64,000 nucleotides of DNA from Pseudobacteriovorax antillogorgiicola. GTDB lineage: Bacteria; Bdellovibrionota_B; Oligoflexia; Oligoflexales; RGVZ01. Position numbers and translations under genes: made by a program. The notes beneath the pieces are model-generated. The model was not told where the DNA came from, made no database searches, and was given only the letters and a program-made list of their open reading frames with translations. Each line of letters starts with the position of its first letter. Position 1 is the first letter of the stretch. Positions 9,661-18,798 of the stretch are shown here, piece by piece. The stretch is from contig CAMBEK010000002.1 of assembly GCA_945865565.1 (NCBI GenBank), positions 7,901 through 71,900 of the forward strand, read 5' to 3'.

Positions 9661-10451
9661 CGCCTCACCACCGGTCTGTTGTTGAGGGAGGTGATCTCAA
9701 TTTCAATCCTCCGGTTCTTTTTGGAAGCCTCAGAATTCAGGGAACCATCAGGCTGCCTGACCGGAAATAATCCCCGGGTATCTGCCAGACCAGTTGCCCT
9801 TAGCCTGTTTGGTCTCGCCCCCTGTTTAATCAGTTCAGAAACAACTGAAGCGGCACGCGATGCTGAAAAAATCCACGCGTCAATATCACCACTTGAATCA
9901 GTTGATTTACGCTTGGAAAAATCCCCTGGGGCTGTGTGCCCCGTGACCGTCAGGGTAAATTCGTTCCCAAAAGGCTCGATTGTGTGCACAACCTCTTTGA
10001 GTAGGATCTTGGCTGGAGCAGACAGTTTAATTGTCGCTTTCTCGAACATGACCTCAGTCGGAAGTATAATGACTACCGAGTGGCCCGGATGGGATATTTC
10101 TGGACTTGCCAGGCCAATTTGGGCAGCCGTTGTCGTTAATCGCTTTTTCAGGAGGCCTCCTGCATTATCTCTGATTTTTGAGTCCGACTGAAATTTCTCC
10201 AGGGATTCCACCATCGAATCGATTGATTCTCCGGTATTCAAATCTTTTCCGAGAATCTCAAACGCACGCGCTTTTCGTGCGTCACCCGTCAATCCTTCTT
10301 GATTTTCTGAGCGACGCAGCGAATTTTTTTGCGCGATGAAGTAAACTCCGCCGAGCGAAAAAATCACAACCGAAATAATAAATGGAATCGTCCTTCGCAT
10401 GGGCCTTCGGTTCGAATCCTTATTTTCGTTTTGGGATTTCACTTGATGCAC
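9657..10451 (-). CDS. OmpA/MotB-family peptidoglycan-binding membrane protein
   Basis: Single TM, then MFEKATIKL, VTGHT, SASRAASV and KNRRIEIEI OmpA-like C-domain motifs. Confidence 0.8.
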   Translation of the reverse strand: MHQVKSQNENKDSNRRPMRRTIPFIISVVIFSLGGVYFIAQKNSLRRSENQEGLTGDARKARAFEILGKDLNTGESIDSMVESLEKFQSDSKIRDNAGGLLKKRLTTTAAQIGLASPEISHPGHSVVIILPTEVMFEKATIKLSAPAKILLKEVVHTIEPFGNEFTLTVTGHTAPGDFSKRKSTDSSGDIDAWIFSASRAASVVSELIKQGARPNRLRATGLADTRGLFPVRQPDGSLNSEASKKNRRIEIEITSLNNRPVVRR

Positions 10452-10918
10452 CCAAAGTATTTTTCTTCGATTCCGTCAAATTCCATGGGTTTTAGGCACT
10501 TGGGGCAATTCTGTTCAGGGGATTTGGCCTTCCCGGGTCCGGATCTGAGGGCATCCTCGCGGGTTAATAAGTTGTTGAATGACCCGTCACATCGGGCGCA
10601 GAAATAGGCTGCATAGAAACTCTCGACGATAACGTTTCGCTCGCCAATAAATCCGGGGAAGAGGTTCATCTGATTTACAATCCGGAGGGGACATTTGGTG
10701 AAGTAAATGGTCACATCAGCCGGTAAGCCTTTCATAAATGATACCCAGTTCTGAAGTCCCATTGAGTTGATCAATTCAACTTTATCGAAGTCAAATTCCA
10801 ACTTGATTTTGCCATTGAGGTTGATCGAACCATAGGCGGCATTTTCATCAATTTTTCCAGCAAACGCGATGCAGATCCGGTCTGCTCTTGTGGTCGTGGT
10901 CAAGTTTATGCTGGACAT
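10439..10918 (-). CDS. STAS-like anti-anti-sigma protein with C-terminal CxxC...CxxC
   Basis: STAS core FDFDKVELINSMGLQNW with a putative phosphoacceptor Ser; CARC and CPKC Cys pairs. Confidence 0.75.
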   Translation of the reverse strand: MSSINLTTTTRADRICIAFAGKIDENAAYGSINLNGKIKLEFDFDKVELINSMGLQNWVSFMKGLPADVTIYFTKCPLRIVNQMNLFPGFIGERNVIVESFYAAYFCARCDGSFNNLLTREDALRSGPGKAKSPEQNCPKCLKPMEFDGIEEKYFGCIK

Positions 10919-10921
10919 ACG

Positions 10922-11869
10922 TCAGTTCCTCGGCTCAAAAAAATGAATGGAGGGGACCCGGGTCATGAACGAGCGGTTTGAACGTTCAATTGGAATGCTG
11001 AAAATCACTTCAGTAGAAGTGCCGTGGTGTATGTTGAAAATCAGTTGGGCTGCTTCATGAAGGACCATGTAAAGTCCCACCCCGGCACCTCCATGGTCGC
11101 CCTTGATCTGATTTGATGACCTGGCGTCTGCACGCCTCCAGTTTTCTATGACCATCGATGGCGTCAATCGCCCCAGATGGTCCTGAATTCGGACTGCAAT
11201 TTTATGGGCGTCGTGCCTTATCTCCAGATCAACCAATTGACTGGCAAACCTTTGATCAGTCGGAATCGGCGTTTGCACATTCCTTGGCAACTCGATATCT
11301 GTCCCCCGCCGTGCATCGTAGATGGCGTTGGTGAGAAGCTCCCAGACACAAGTTGCAACGTAGTTTTCAAAGTCGGAGTAAGTGTCCAAGGTTCCGGCTA
11401 CGATCCGCGCCTGGTCGACAGAATGACCGATCATGCTGCCATCCCAGTGCTGTGCAGTGAAGAGGAGGTCTGTCCCATGACACATCAGAGTCCAGGGATC
11501 CATGCCTGGGGCCGTTAACACCCTAAGGGGTATGATCTCGTGAGGAAGAACCAGTTCATTGCGCCCCAGAGCATGATTGCTGCCCGGAGTAGTAAATATG
11601 TTATTGATCAAATCAGAGCGAGACCCTCCAAACAGTAGCACTAACGGCGTGTCGAGGGATTTTTCTCGCAGGGAGGAAATCTTCTTTGGGCCGAGGGAAA
11701 AATCAGCCACCACGACATGGGATCCAGGGCGATCCAAGAGTAATTGGGTTGGGTCTGCTTCGCACACCTCGTATGGTATCCCTGTTGCCGCCAATTCTTT
11801 TTCAATAGGCCGCCAGACAGAGCTATCGTCTGCCCAAAGAATCAGTGATTTTACTTCAGGTTTAGCCAT
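10922..11869 (-). CDS. GHKL/HATPase_c-like protein, putative anti-sigma factor/Ser kinase with degenerate receiver-like N-terminus
   Basis: N-box-like WELLTNAIYD, IQDHLG and G-rich GGAGVGLY; no obvious His phosphoacceptor helix. Confidence 0.6.
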   Translation of the reverse strand: MAKPEVKSLILWADDSSVWRPIEKELAATGIPYEVCEADPTQLLLDRPGSHVVVADFSLGPKKISSLREKSLDTPLVLLFGGSRSDLINNIFTTPGSNHALGRNELVLPHEIIPLRVLTAPGMDPWTLMCHGTDLLFTAQHWDGSMIGHSVDQARIVAGTLDTYSDFENYVATCVWELLTNAIYDARRGTDIELPRNVQTPIPTDQRFASQLVDLEIRHDAHKIAVRIQDHLGRLTPSMVIENWRRADARSSNQIKGDHGGAGVGLYMVLHEAAQLIFNIHHGTSTEVIFSIPIERSNRSFMTRVPSIHFFEPRN

Positions 11870-11889
11870 CCGGTGATCGCGTTCCCTTC

Positions 11890-13839
11890 TTAACGTTTTG
11901 GCTGAGATGAGTAGGCAGCAACGAAAAACTTTTCACCCTTGCTTGCAAACGGAATGACGACGACATCAGACCACATCTTCTCAAGTTCGCTCGGCCTAAA
12001 ATTGGACTCCGCTGTCGCTGCCTTGATTTCGTATTCTTCTGTTCCCGTTGCCACAGCAATAAACTGTGATTTTCCGAAAATCTGGTCCGCGATTTCGACC
12101 GCAACCTGATTTCTCGCTTGTTCATCCTTCTGAGCGACAGATCGTGACGCTCCGGTGACGCGGGGCGCCAATTGGATCATTAGCTCCGGGCGACAGACAA
12201 ACATGAATTGACCCTCAACATGGGGTCCTTTCATTGGTATGCGGACCGCCATCATTCCGCTGATTGGAATCCTTTTGATACCGATTCCAATTTCGTAGGA
12301 TGGCGGCAAGTCGCCTGTGTAGTATTCCATAACTTCGTTAATGGATTGCCGCAGAATTCCGGCCAATCGCTGTGATTTTGGTGATAGGCTCGTGTCGTTA
12401 GTATCAAGGAAAAAGCATTCATCCAGCGTTGGGAGTCTTGGGACAGATTCTTTGAGAAATCGCCAACGGACCAAAGGCGCTTCAATCTTTGATTGGTAAT
12501 TTGAACGGTATTGATACGTAGTGGAATCACTTTTTACCAAATAGCCCCTGTCGATCTTAATCGAGGAAGTGGTGGTGAACATCTTGCTCAGGAGTTCATG
12601 TTTAAACTCCAACGTTAGGCCCCGCGTAAGAGGGCGTTGTGATTCGATGATCACTCCATCTTCGTCCACCAGACTGACTTTGAAATCGAGGCGGGCATTA
12701 AGGGGCCCATCATGAAATCCCTCAGGAGGAGTCTCGTCGTTGAGCCTCTCCATAATTGATGCGACGTCCAGACTTGAATCAGTAATCGCACTCGCCACGG
12801 TGCCAACAGTCATCGGCGGGTGAATGTAGCGCAGGTTCCCAAAGTCAGTCGCTGCTGGGTTTCGACTCGCAACAAGCAGTCGTGTAAGGCCGGTTATGAG
12901 ATTTTGTCCAAGTGATTTGACGAGGGCCGCAGAGAGTTTAGCGTCCGGGGTTTCGTGTAAATAGAGGCAAAGTGGAGCGCTGTCCTTCGCCTCGCATTTC
13001 ATGATCATACTTTCAAAGTCAGGTGCGTGTTCCGGTCTTAAACCAGCCTTTTCAAGGGCGGGTCGGAGCTTGTCAAATACATCAAATACGGGGTGAAAAA
13101 TGATCACTCGATTTCGATTGCTGTCGCTTTTTTTAAAGCCATGAATTCGAGCCGTGTGCTGCACGAGCTTTTCGAACCCTTCATTGCTGCCTTTGACCTT
13201 TTCCATCGAGAATGATGCGAAAATTCGGGATCCGATTGTGAAGGTTGATCCGCCTATGAGCGTCGCCCTGACAAAGTCGCCGTGAAACGATCCATCGATG
13301 TAGTAGTCGGCCCGGTGATCGATATTGAAGTCCGTGCGAAAAATTATGTTGGTATCGTTCGCCGCGACCAGATTCATGCTGAACCGGCTGCTGATCCTGT
13401 TGTCGACACCTGCCCGGAGCGGGTCGAACGCAAAAGGTGACGCGATCAGGCGTGACGCGAGAATCTCCTCGATTTTGGCGTGAAATGCCTTTGGTTGGAT
13501 GTCCCCGATAAAAATCGCTTCAAACTTTTTTCCAGCAAGGGGCACGAGGGCTTCCCTCGTCCGCGATTCGACGCAAACTATTAACGGGATACGCCGGATC
13601 GGCTCTTCCTTTGCGAGAAGGTCATGCACCATGACGGCATTTCCATCCCGCAGAACAGACTCAACAATCATGACGTGTGGCAGGGATCTTTTTAGTTCGG
13701 TCATTGCGGCGTTAACACTGTCAGTTCTCACACAAGGGATTCCGCATTTTTCAAATGCGGCCGCAAGGATGTCTGCCTTCTCCGTGTTGCGCATGCAAAG
13801 GAGGGCTTTATGTTTGGTAAGTTCTCGGGCAATTCGCAT
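11890..13839 (-). CDS. Multidomain signalling protein: degenerate receiver domain(s) and CheX-like C-terminus
   Basis: N-terminal REC-like fold (PHVMIVE...IPLIV); C-terminal ISGMMAV...EIADQIFG resembles the CheX/CheC E-xx-N-xx-xG motif in degenerate form. Confidence 0.55.
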   Translation of the reverse strand: MRIARELTKHKALLCMRNTEKADILAAAFEKCGIPCVRTDSVNAAMTELKRSLPHVMIVESVLRDGNAVMVHDLLAKEEPIRRIPLIVCVESRTREALVPLAGKKFEAIFIGDIQPKAFHAKIEEILASRLIASPFAFDPLRAGVDNRISSRFSMNLVAANDTNIIFRTDFNIDHRADYYIDGSFHGDFVRATLIGGSTFTIGSRIFASFSMEKVKGSNEGFEKLVQHTARIHGFKKSDSNRNRVIIFHPVFDVFDKLRPALEKAGLRPEHAPDFESMIMKCEAKDSAPLCLYLHETPDAKLSAALVKSLGQNLITGLTRLLVASRNPAATDFGNLRYIHPPMTVGTVASAITDSSLDVASIMERLNDETPPEGFHDGPLNARLDFKVSLVDEDGVIIESQRPLTRGLTLEFKHELLSKMFTTTSSIKIDRGYLVKSDSTTYQYRSNYQSKIEAPLVRWRFLKESVPRLPTLDECFFLDTNDTSLSPKSQRLAGILRQSINEVMEYYTGDLPPSYEIGIGIKRIPISGMMAVRIPMKGPHVEGQFMFVCRPELMIQLAPRVTGASRSVAQKDEQARNQVAVEIADQIFGKSQFIAVATGTEEYEIKAATAESNFRPSELEKMWSDVVVIPFASKGEKFFVAAYSSQPKR

Positions 13840-13947
13840 CAGCGTGGCACCCTTCGGGACGCTACCTTGTTGATGCTTTAAGTCTATATTGGATGTGTAC
13901 GGCCTGACAAAGGAGGCAAATACTACCCGGCAGTTTTTGCTGTGGGT

Positions 13948-14490
13948 CTATATGGAGTCAGCGCGTGGGATGCCCCCTACTCCAACGAGTCTCGCAACCC
14001 ACTCGTTGTTATCCGGGGACGGTACAATCAGTTGCTGCAGGTGCTCATAGACCCTGCGTGCTGCTGAAAATCCATGCAATAATCCAGTCCGGACGAAGCC
14101 GCCAAGATCGCTCACGGCATGAATGCAATTGATTGCTCCGCCAGATTCTCTTACATAGACCGCGTTTCGGTAGAAAGTATCTTGGACAATGTAATCTGCT
14201 GCCCCAGATTCCAGAAAATCGATTCGGTCAAGTGCGCCGAAATAAAGTGAATCAGTGATTTCAAATGGGCCCCAGCGCATCTGGGAAAGTTCACGGGATT
14301 CCGCCAGTTGAAGGGTTTCATCCAGTGAAAAGTTTCGCCCTGGCTCTGGCCGAAGGCGTAGAAACCGGTTGTCTACCATGACGGGGAGCCAGCTTAAGGT
14401 GTGGGCTTCAAAGCGTGCCAAGTCGCGTCCTGGGGGGGATGCATCCGATTCTACAAATGTCGCGAAAACGTGAGACCCGTGGGGGGTCAT
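13948..14490 (-). CDS. Hypothetical protein
   Basis: 180-aa ORF filling the gap between same-strand genes; no recognisable motif. Confidence 0.5.
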   Translation of the reverse strand: MTPHGSHVFATFVESDASPPGRDLARFEAHTLSWLPVMVDNRFLRLRPEPGRNFSLDETLQLAESRELSQMRWGPFEITDSLYFGALDRIDFLESGAADYIVQDTFYRNAVYVRESGGAINCIHAVSDLGGFVRTGLLHGFSAARRVYEHLQQLIVPSPDNNEWVARLVGVGGIPRADSI

Positions 14491-14551
14491 GAACTTTACC
14501 CCGGAACTTTCTGGACTAATGCGGTCTCAGTCGAATTGTTTTCCTAGAAAG

Positions 14552-15634
14552 CTAGTCTGCGGCTAAGAACCTCAAGATTCTTTTGCGCAGGAAAACGCTG
14601 TTAGGGCTTTGATAAAAGTAGTCAAATCCATGTGTCGCCCAACGCAGTTCTTCGACCTCAACGGGTCGTCCCAGTTCCCTCAAACGGGCGGCGAGGGTGC
14701 GTGTGTGATAGACGGAGACCAATTCATCTCCAGTCCCATGAACGAGCAGGTGCCTTGGGGTTTGCTGATCAACCTGAAAAACTGGTGAGGCGGCTTTGTA
14801 TACTTCGCGAGTTTTATCTTGAAGCGGAACTCCAATATATGTTCCGATTGAAATCTCGCCGTTGATGATTTGCCAAGGATTTGTGGTTTCAACCCCCCAG
14901 ATGAGGTCCGCGGGAGCATAGAGGCCGATGATTCCTTTCACTGGCCGTCCCGTTTTCAGCGTGGCCAGGGCAGAAATTTCAGCAATCTGCCCACCCGCGG
15001 AGCGGCCCATAAAATAAACTCGGCTCGGGTCGATATTCCAAGATGATGGGGTATTCAGTAAGAATTTGGCGGCAGCAACGACGTCATCCACTGGACCCGG
15101 GAAATTGGTTTCCGGTGCAAGTCGATACGTGACCGCTGCGACATTAAATCCGGCATTGGCAAGAAAATAATTGAGTTCCGCGAGGTCGGTTCGTTGTCCC
15201 TTGGTCCAGCTTCCCCCGTAAACCATAATCACCAGAGGGCGTGGGGAACCAACTGGAAGCCCGCTGTAGAAATCGATCGGAAGACTAACGCCAGATTTCT
15301 CAAAAGGAATCGTGACAACGTGCGCCGAGGGTATCTTGTCGGGAAAAAATACCTCAAGAAGTCGCGTGCCCTCGTTTGAGGGGACATCTCGCCGCATAAT
15401 GTCGGCTAACGGCATGAAGAAAAAGAATGACCCAGCCAGATACAGGAGCGCATGGGACAGAGGTGGCTTGCGTAACAGCATCGATATCGCTGCAAATGCA
15501 ATACCGCCAAGTCCCAGCCAATGCCCCCATTCCACGAGCGCGATCTTGGTCATCCATCCCCAGGTAAAAAAAGCCGGAGTGACGACAAGGAGTGAGAGTG
15601 CAAAAAATATAATCGCAAAGATATTGGACGGCAT
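14552..15634 (-). CDS. Alpha/beta hydrolase (HSL-like lipase/esterase) with N-terminal membrane segments
   Basis: YGGSW oxyanion region, GRSAGG nucleophile elbow, HGTGDELV and HGFD. Confidence 0.9.
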   Translation of the reverse strand: MPSNIFAIIFFALSLLVVTPAFFTWGWMTKIALVEWGHWLGLGGIAFAAISMLLRKPPLSHALLYLAGSFFFFMPLADIMRRDVPSNEGTRLLEVFFPDKIPSAHVVTIPFEKSGVSLPIDFYSGLPVGSPRPLVIMVYGGSWTKGQRTDLAELNYFLANAGFNVAAVTYRLAPETNFPGPVDDVVAAAKFLLNTPSSWNIDPSRVYFMGRSAGGQIAEISALATLKTGRPVKGIIGLYAPADLIWGVETTNPWQIINGEISIGTYIGVPLQDKTREVYKAASPVFQVDQQTPRHLLVHGTGDELVSVYHTRTLAARLRELGRPVEVEELRWATHGFDYFYQSPNSVFLRKRILRFLAAD

Positions 15635-15993
15635 GGATCACCAAGGTTGTAGAAGATGGTTCAAGTAACCTCTTCAATATAACCGATTCTCAACCTCAGT
15701 TCGCTGGCTTTGCAGTCAAATCCCTCATTTTTTTTACAGTCGATGTTTTTACAAGCCCCGACTCCTCCAATTCAGCAGCACTGCTTGCGACTGCCGGGAT
15801 ATCCATGATCATTCGCATGTCAAAATTCTCCCGTTTCTAAAAAGCGTTTGAGAACCCCCGCCGTTTTCCGTGATTTTCCTGAAAGCATATTTGATGCCAC
15901 CGTTTTTTAGGCTGAGGATTTGCATTCATTGGTAGGGAAGCCGAAGAATTAGGGATGTGATCGGACTTATTGATTGGATAGAAGGGTCAAGCT

Positions 15994-17886
15994 TTGACGG
16001 TCAAACCAGCAAAATCTTGGCTTACTTCCCAGGTCGCTGTCGTCCGGAAATTTTTGGTCGCGGATATTTCAAAGTTGACTCTTAAGGCTCTGATTTCGGC
16101 TGGTATTCTGCTGCCGGCCGCAACGGTGTTTCTGGGTTTGCCTGTGTTTGGTGTTGCTCTGGATGGACGTCAATGGGTACTTCTGAGTGTCTTCCCCATT
16201 CTGACCGGAATCGTTTCTTTGTCTATTTGGTGGATCGCGTCCGATATGTTGCCGGACTGTGGGAGCTGTAGCCTTCACGATTTGAACTCGGCCTTGGAAA
16301 AGGCCCGAGCGGTGTCTGAAAAAGGTGCCAGGCATTTGAGAGATGTTTTGGATTCAATGACGAGTTTCATTGGTGTCTTGACTCCCGAAGGAGTTGTTTT
16401 GGAGATCAATCGGTCGGCCCTCTCCGTAGCTAGTCTCAGTATGATCGATGTCGTTGGACGGAAGTTTGAGGACACCCGATGGTGGGCTTTTTCTGAAGAA
16501 TTGAAGAATCAAGTCCGGGGGATCATCCGTCGCGCAGCTGCCGGTGAACGGGTAGAAGTAGAACTAAAATACCAGACAGGAACGGGTGAGATTCGGGCTG
16601 TCGAGTTTGTCATGACTCCTTTGGTCGATCGGGAGGGCAAGGTTGAATTTTTGATTCCATCGGGAGTCGACGTGCAGTTTCGAAAATCATTTGAGGAGCA
16701 GCTTATTAAATCCCGCCTGGATGCTGAGATCGCGAATCAAGCGAAATCATCCTTTCTTGCCCACATGAGCCACGAACTCAGATCACCTTTGGGAATCATT
16801 CTTGGGTTTGTGGATCTTGCACTGGAGGAGGGCGACTGTAATAAAAAAAATCTGCATCTGGAGACAATTCATCGCAACGCCTGCCAGGTCCTCTCTCTGG
16901 TTGATGAGGTGTTGGACTTGGGGAAAATTGAGTCGGGTCACGTCAGCGTCGATATTGTTGATTTGAACGTAGAAAAATTTATATCTGAGATTGAGGTATC
17001 ACTTGGTTTAAAGGCCCGGGAGCGCGGGCTGAAATTGCAGTTTGTATTGAGTCCGGGGACGCCAAGGCAGGTGCGAACAGACCCCCTGCGCGTCAAGCAA
17101 ATACTGCTGAATCTGATCGGTAACGCAATCAAATATTCCGAAGTGGGCACGGTAGAATGCAAAGTCAGTTGGATTCCTGGAAGGGAGGGGGAGCTGTCGA
17201 AGTTGGAGTTTCAAATAACTGATACTGGGATAGGGATTTCGGCGGAAGATGCCTCAAGAATCTTTGAACCGTTCGCCAGGGGGCTTGAAGCCGAGCAGAG
17301 AAAATACCCTGGAACCGGACTTGGATTATCCCTTTCGAAACGGTTGGCTTTGCTTTTAGGTGGTGATGTTGTTTTGACTAGAAGTCAGCTAGGGGTTGGG
17401 AGCACTTTCACGTTCACCATTGAAGAGGGGAGCAAGGGTGAAGGCTTAAATTTGCCAGTTTCCGTTCCTCCGAAACGTGTAATAGGTGGGCCGGGGCGCC
17501 TATCCGGGGTGCGCGTTCTAGTCGTGGATGATGTGATTGATAACCGGATTTTGATCTCGAAATACCTTCAATCCGAGGGGGCTTCTGTGGTGACGGCATC
17601 GGGTGGCCAGGAGGCGGTCACCTTGGGGCTTGAAGATGGCTTTGATGCCATTTTGATGGACCTGTCGATGCCGGACATGTCCGGTCAGGAGGCAACGGCA
17701 GCCTTGCGGCAGAGGGGCTATAAAAAGCCGATCGTGGCTCTTACTGCCCATGCAATGAGAGAAGAAAAGGAGAAGGCACTGCAGCGCGGTTTCAACGACT
17801 ATTTAACTAAACCTGTGGTGCGTGATGTACTGGTCGAGGCTTTAAAGAAGGTTCATGAGGCGGACAGGCATTTTAGAGTGATCTAA
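15994..17886 (+). CDS. PAS-domain hybrid sensor histidine kinase/receiver
   Basis: Two TM segments, PAS, H-box FLAHMSHELRSPL, NLIGNAIKY, DTGIGI, GTGLGL and a receiver with LMDLSMP and KP. Confidence 0.95.
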   Translation: MTVKPAKSWLTSQVAVVRKFLVADISKLTLKALISAGILLPAATVFLGLPVFGVALDGRQWVLLSVFPILTGIVSLSIWWIASDMLPDCGSCSLHDLNSALEKARAVSEKGARHLRDVLDSMTSFIGVLTPEGVVLEINRSALSVASLSMIDVVGRKFEDTRWWAFSEELKNQVRGIIRRAAAGERVEVELKYQTGTGEIRAVEFVMTPLVDREGKVEFLIPSGVDVQFRKSFEEQLIKSRLDAEIANQAKSSFLAHMSHELRSPLGIILGFVDLALEEGDCNKKNLHLETIHRNACQVLSLVDEVLDLGKIESGHVSVDIVDLNVEKFISEIEVSLGLKARERGLKLQFVLSPGTPRQVRTDPLRVKQILLNLIGNAIKYSEVGTVECKVSWIPGREGELSKLEFQITDTGIGISAEDASRIFEPFARGLEAEQRKYPGTGLGLSLSKRLALLLGGDVVLTRSQLGVGSTFTFTIEEGSKGEGLNLPVSVPPKRVIGGPGRLSGVRVLVVDDVIDNRILISKYLQSEGASVVTASGGQEAVTLGLEDGFDAILMDLSMPDMSGQEATAALRQRGYKKPIVALTAHAMREEKEKALQRGFNDYLTKPVVRDVLVEALKKVHEADRHFRVI

Positions 17887-17955
17887 AACGGTAAGGGGTG
17901 TTCAGGGACATTTTTGCCTTGTGGCAAAGGCCTCAGGTGTTATCCTCGACAAACT

Positions 17956-18798
17956 ATGTGGCTACTCTTTGCAATCAACGCCGTGCTCATTTTTGGATAC
18001 GCGACTTTTTCGCTGCATTCAGACTGGATTTCCGCTTTTCCTGCATTCTCTGCAGTTTATGCTAGCGCATTTCCTTTCTTTACCCGCCTTCAGATTTTGA
18101 TCGGATTTTGGCTTTGCGTTAGAGCTTGCCAGAGGGCCATGGGCTTCCGCTGGATTTTGTTTCTGGTTGCGGCTTTTGGTATCAGCTTGACGACAGCATT
18201 CCTTGGGACTGCCTACGGCATTCCGTTCGGAAAGTATTCGTATACCGGTCTTCTCGGTTGGCGGATCGCGGGAATGGTTCCACTGTTGATTCCGGTGGGA
18301 TGGTTCAGTATGTCCGTAGGTTCTTACGTGTTGGCGCTCCAGCTTCTTGGTCCCGCCAGCATGCAGATTTTTAGGCGCACCACCAACCACTGGTACCGTT
18401 CGGCCCAAAGGGTTGCTTTGGCATCTCTTCTGTTGCTTGCTTTGGGGATCACGCTTGAACCTGTCATGAGCACTTTGGTGCCTTGCTGGATTTGGGAGGG
18501 CTCTGGTGCATTTTTCTTCCCTCCTGCAGTACGCAACCTCTTGGCCTGGATGGTCACCGGCGTTTTCATCTTTGTCAGTTTTGAGTTTTTTCGTATGCGC
18601 GATGGGAGCCATCGTTTTGAGCTCTCGTGGGCCCCGAAATTCTACATGCTTTATTTTTCAATGCCGCTGGGTTTGCTGATTGTGGGTGCAGTTTGGCTGC
18701 CGGTTGCCCTGGCTCTGGCAATCTTATTGGGTTGTGATTTGTTTGCCCGAAAGAAGGGTGCGATGAAACGTGGCATATTCATCCGCACAAGATCCTAG
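17956..18798 (+). CDS. Carotenoid biosynthesis membrane protein (CruF-like hydratase family)
   Basis: GIPFGKYSYTGLLG...VPLLIPVGW and NLLAW motifs in a multi-TM protein. The conserved acidic residues of the family look partly altered. Confidence 0.7.
   Translation: MWLLFAINAVLIFGYATFSLHSDWISAFPAFSAVYASAFPFFTRLQILIGFWLCVRACQRAMGFRWILFLVAAFGISLTTAFLGTAYGIPFGKYSYTGLLGWRIAGMVPLLIPVGWFSMSVGSYVLALQLLGPASMQIFRRTTNHWYRSAQRVALASLLLLALGITLEPVMSTLVPCWIWEGSGAFFFPPAVRNLLAWMVTGVFIFVSFEFFRMRDGSHRFELSWAPKFYMLYFSMPLGLLIVGAVWLPVALALAILLGCDLFARKKGAMKRGIFIRTRS

Noticed and set aside
15635-15993. Possible riboswitch or sRNA in the divergent gap between the esterase and the kinase
   Set aside because: I could not identify a known aptamer consensus or a convincing stem set; a covariance-model (Rfam) scan would be needed.
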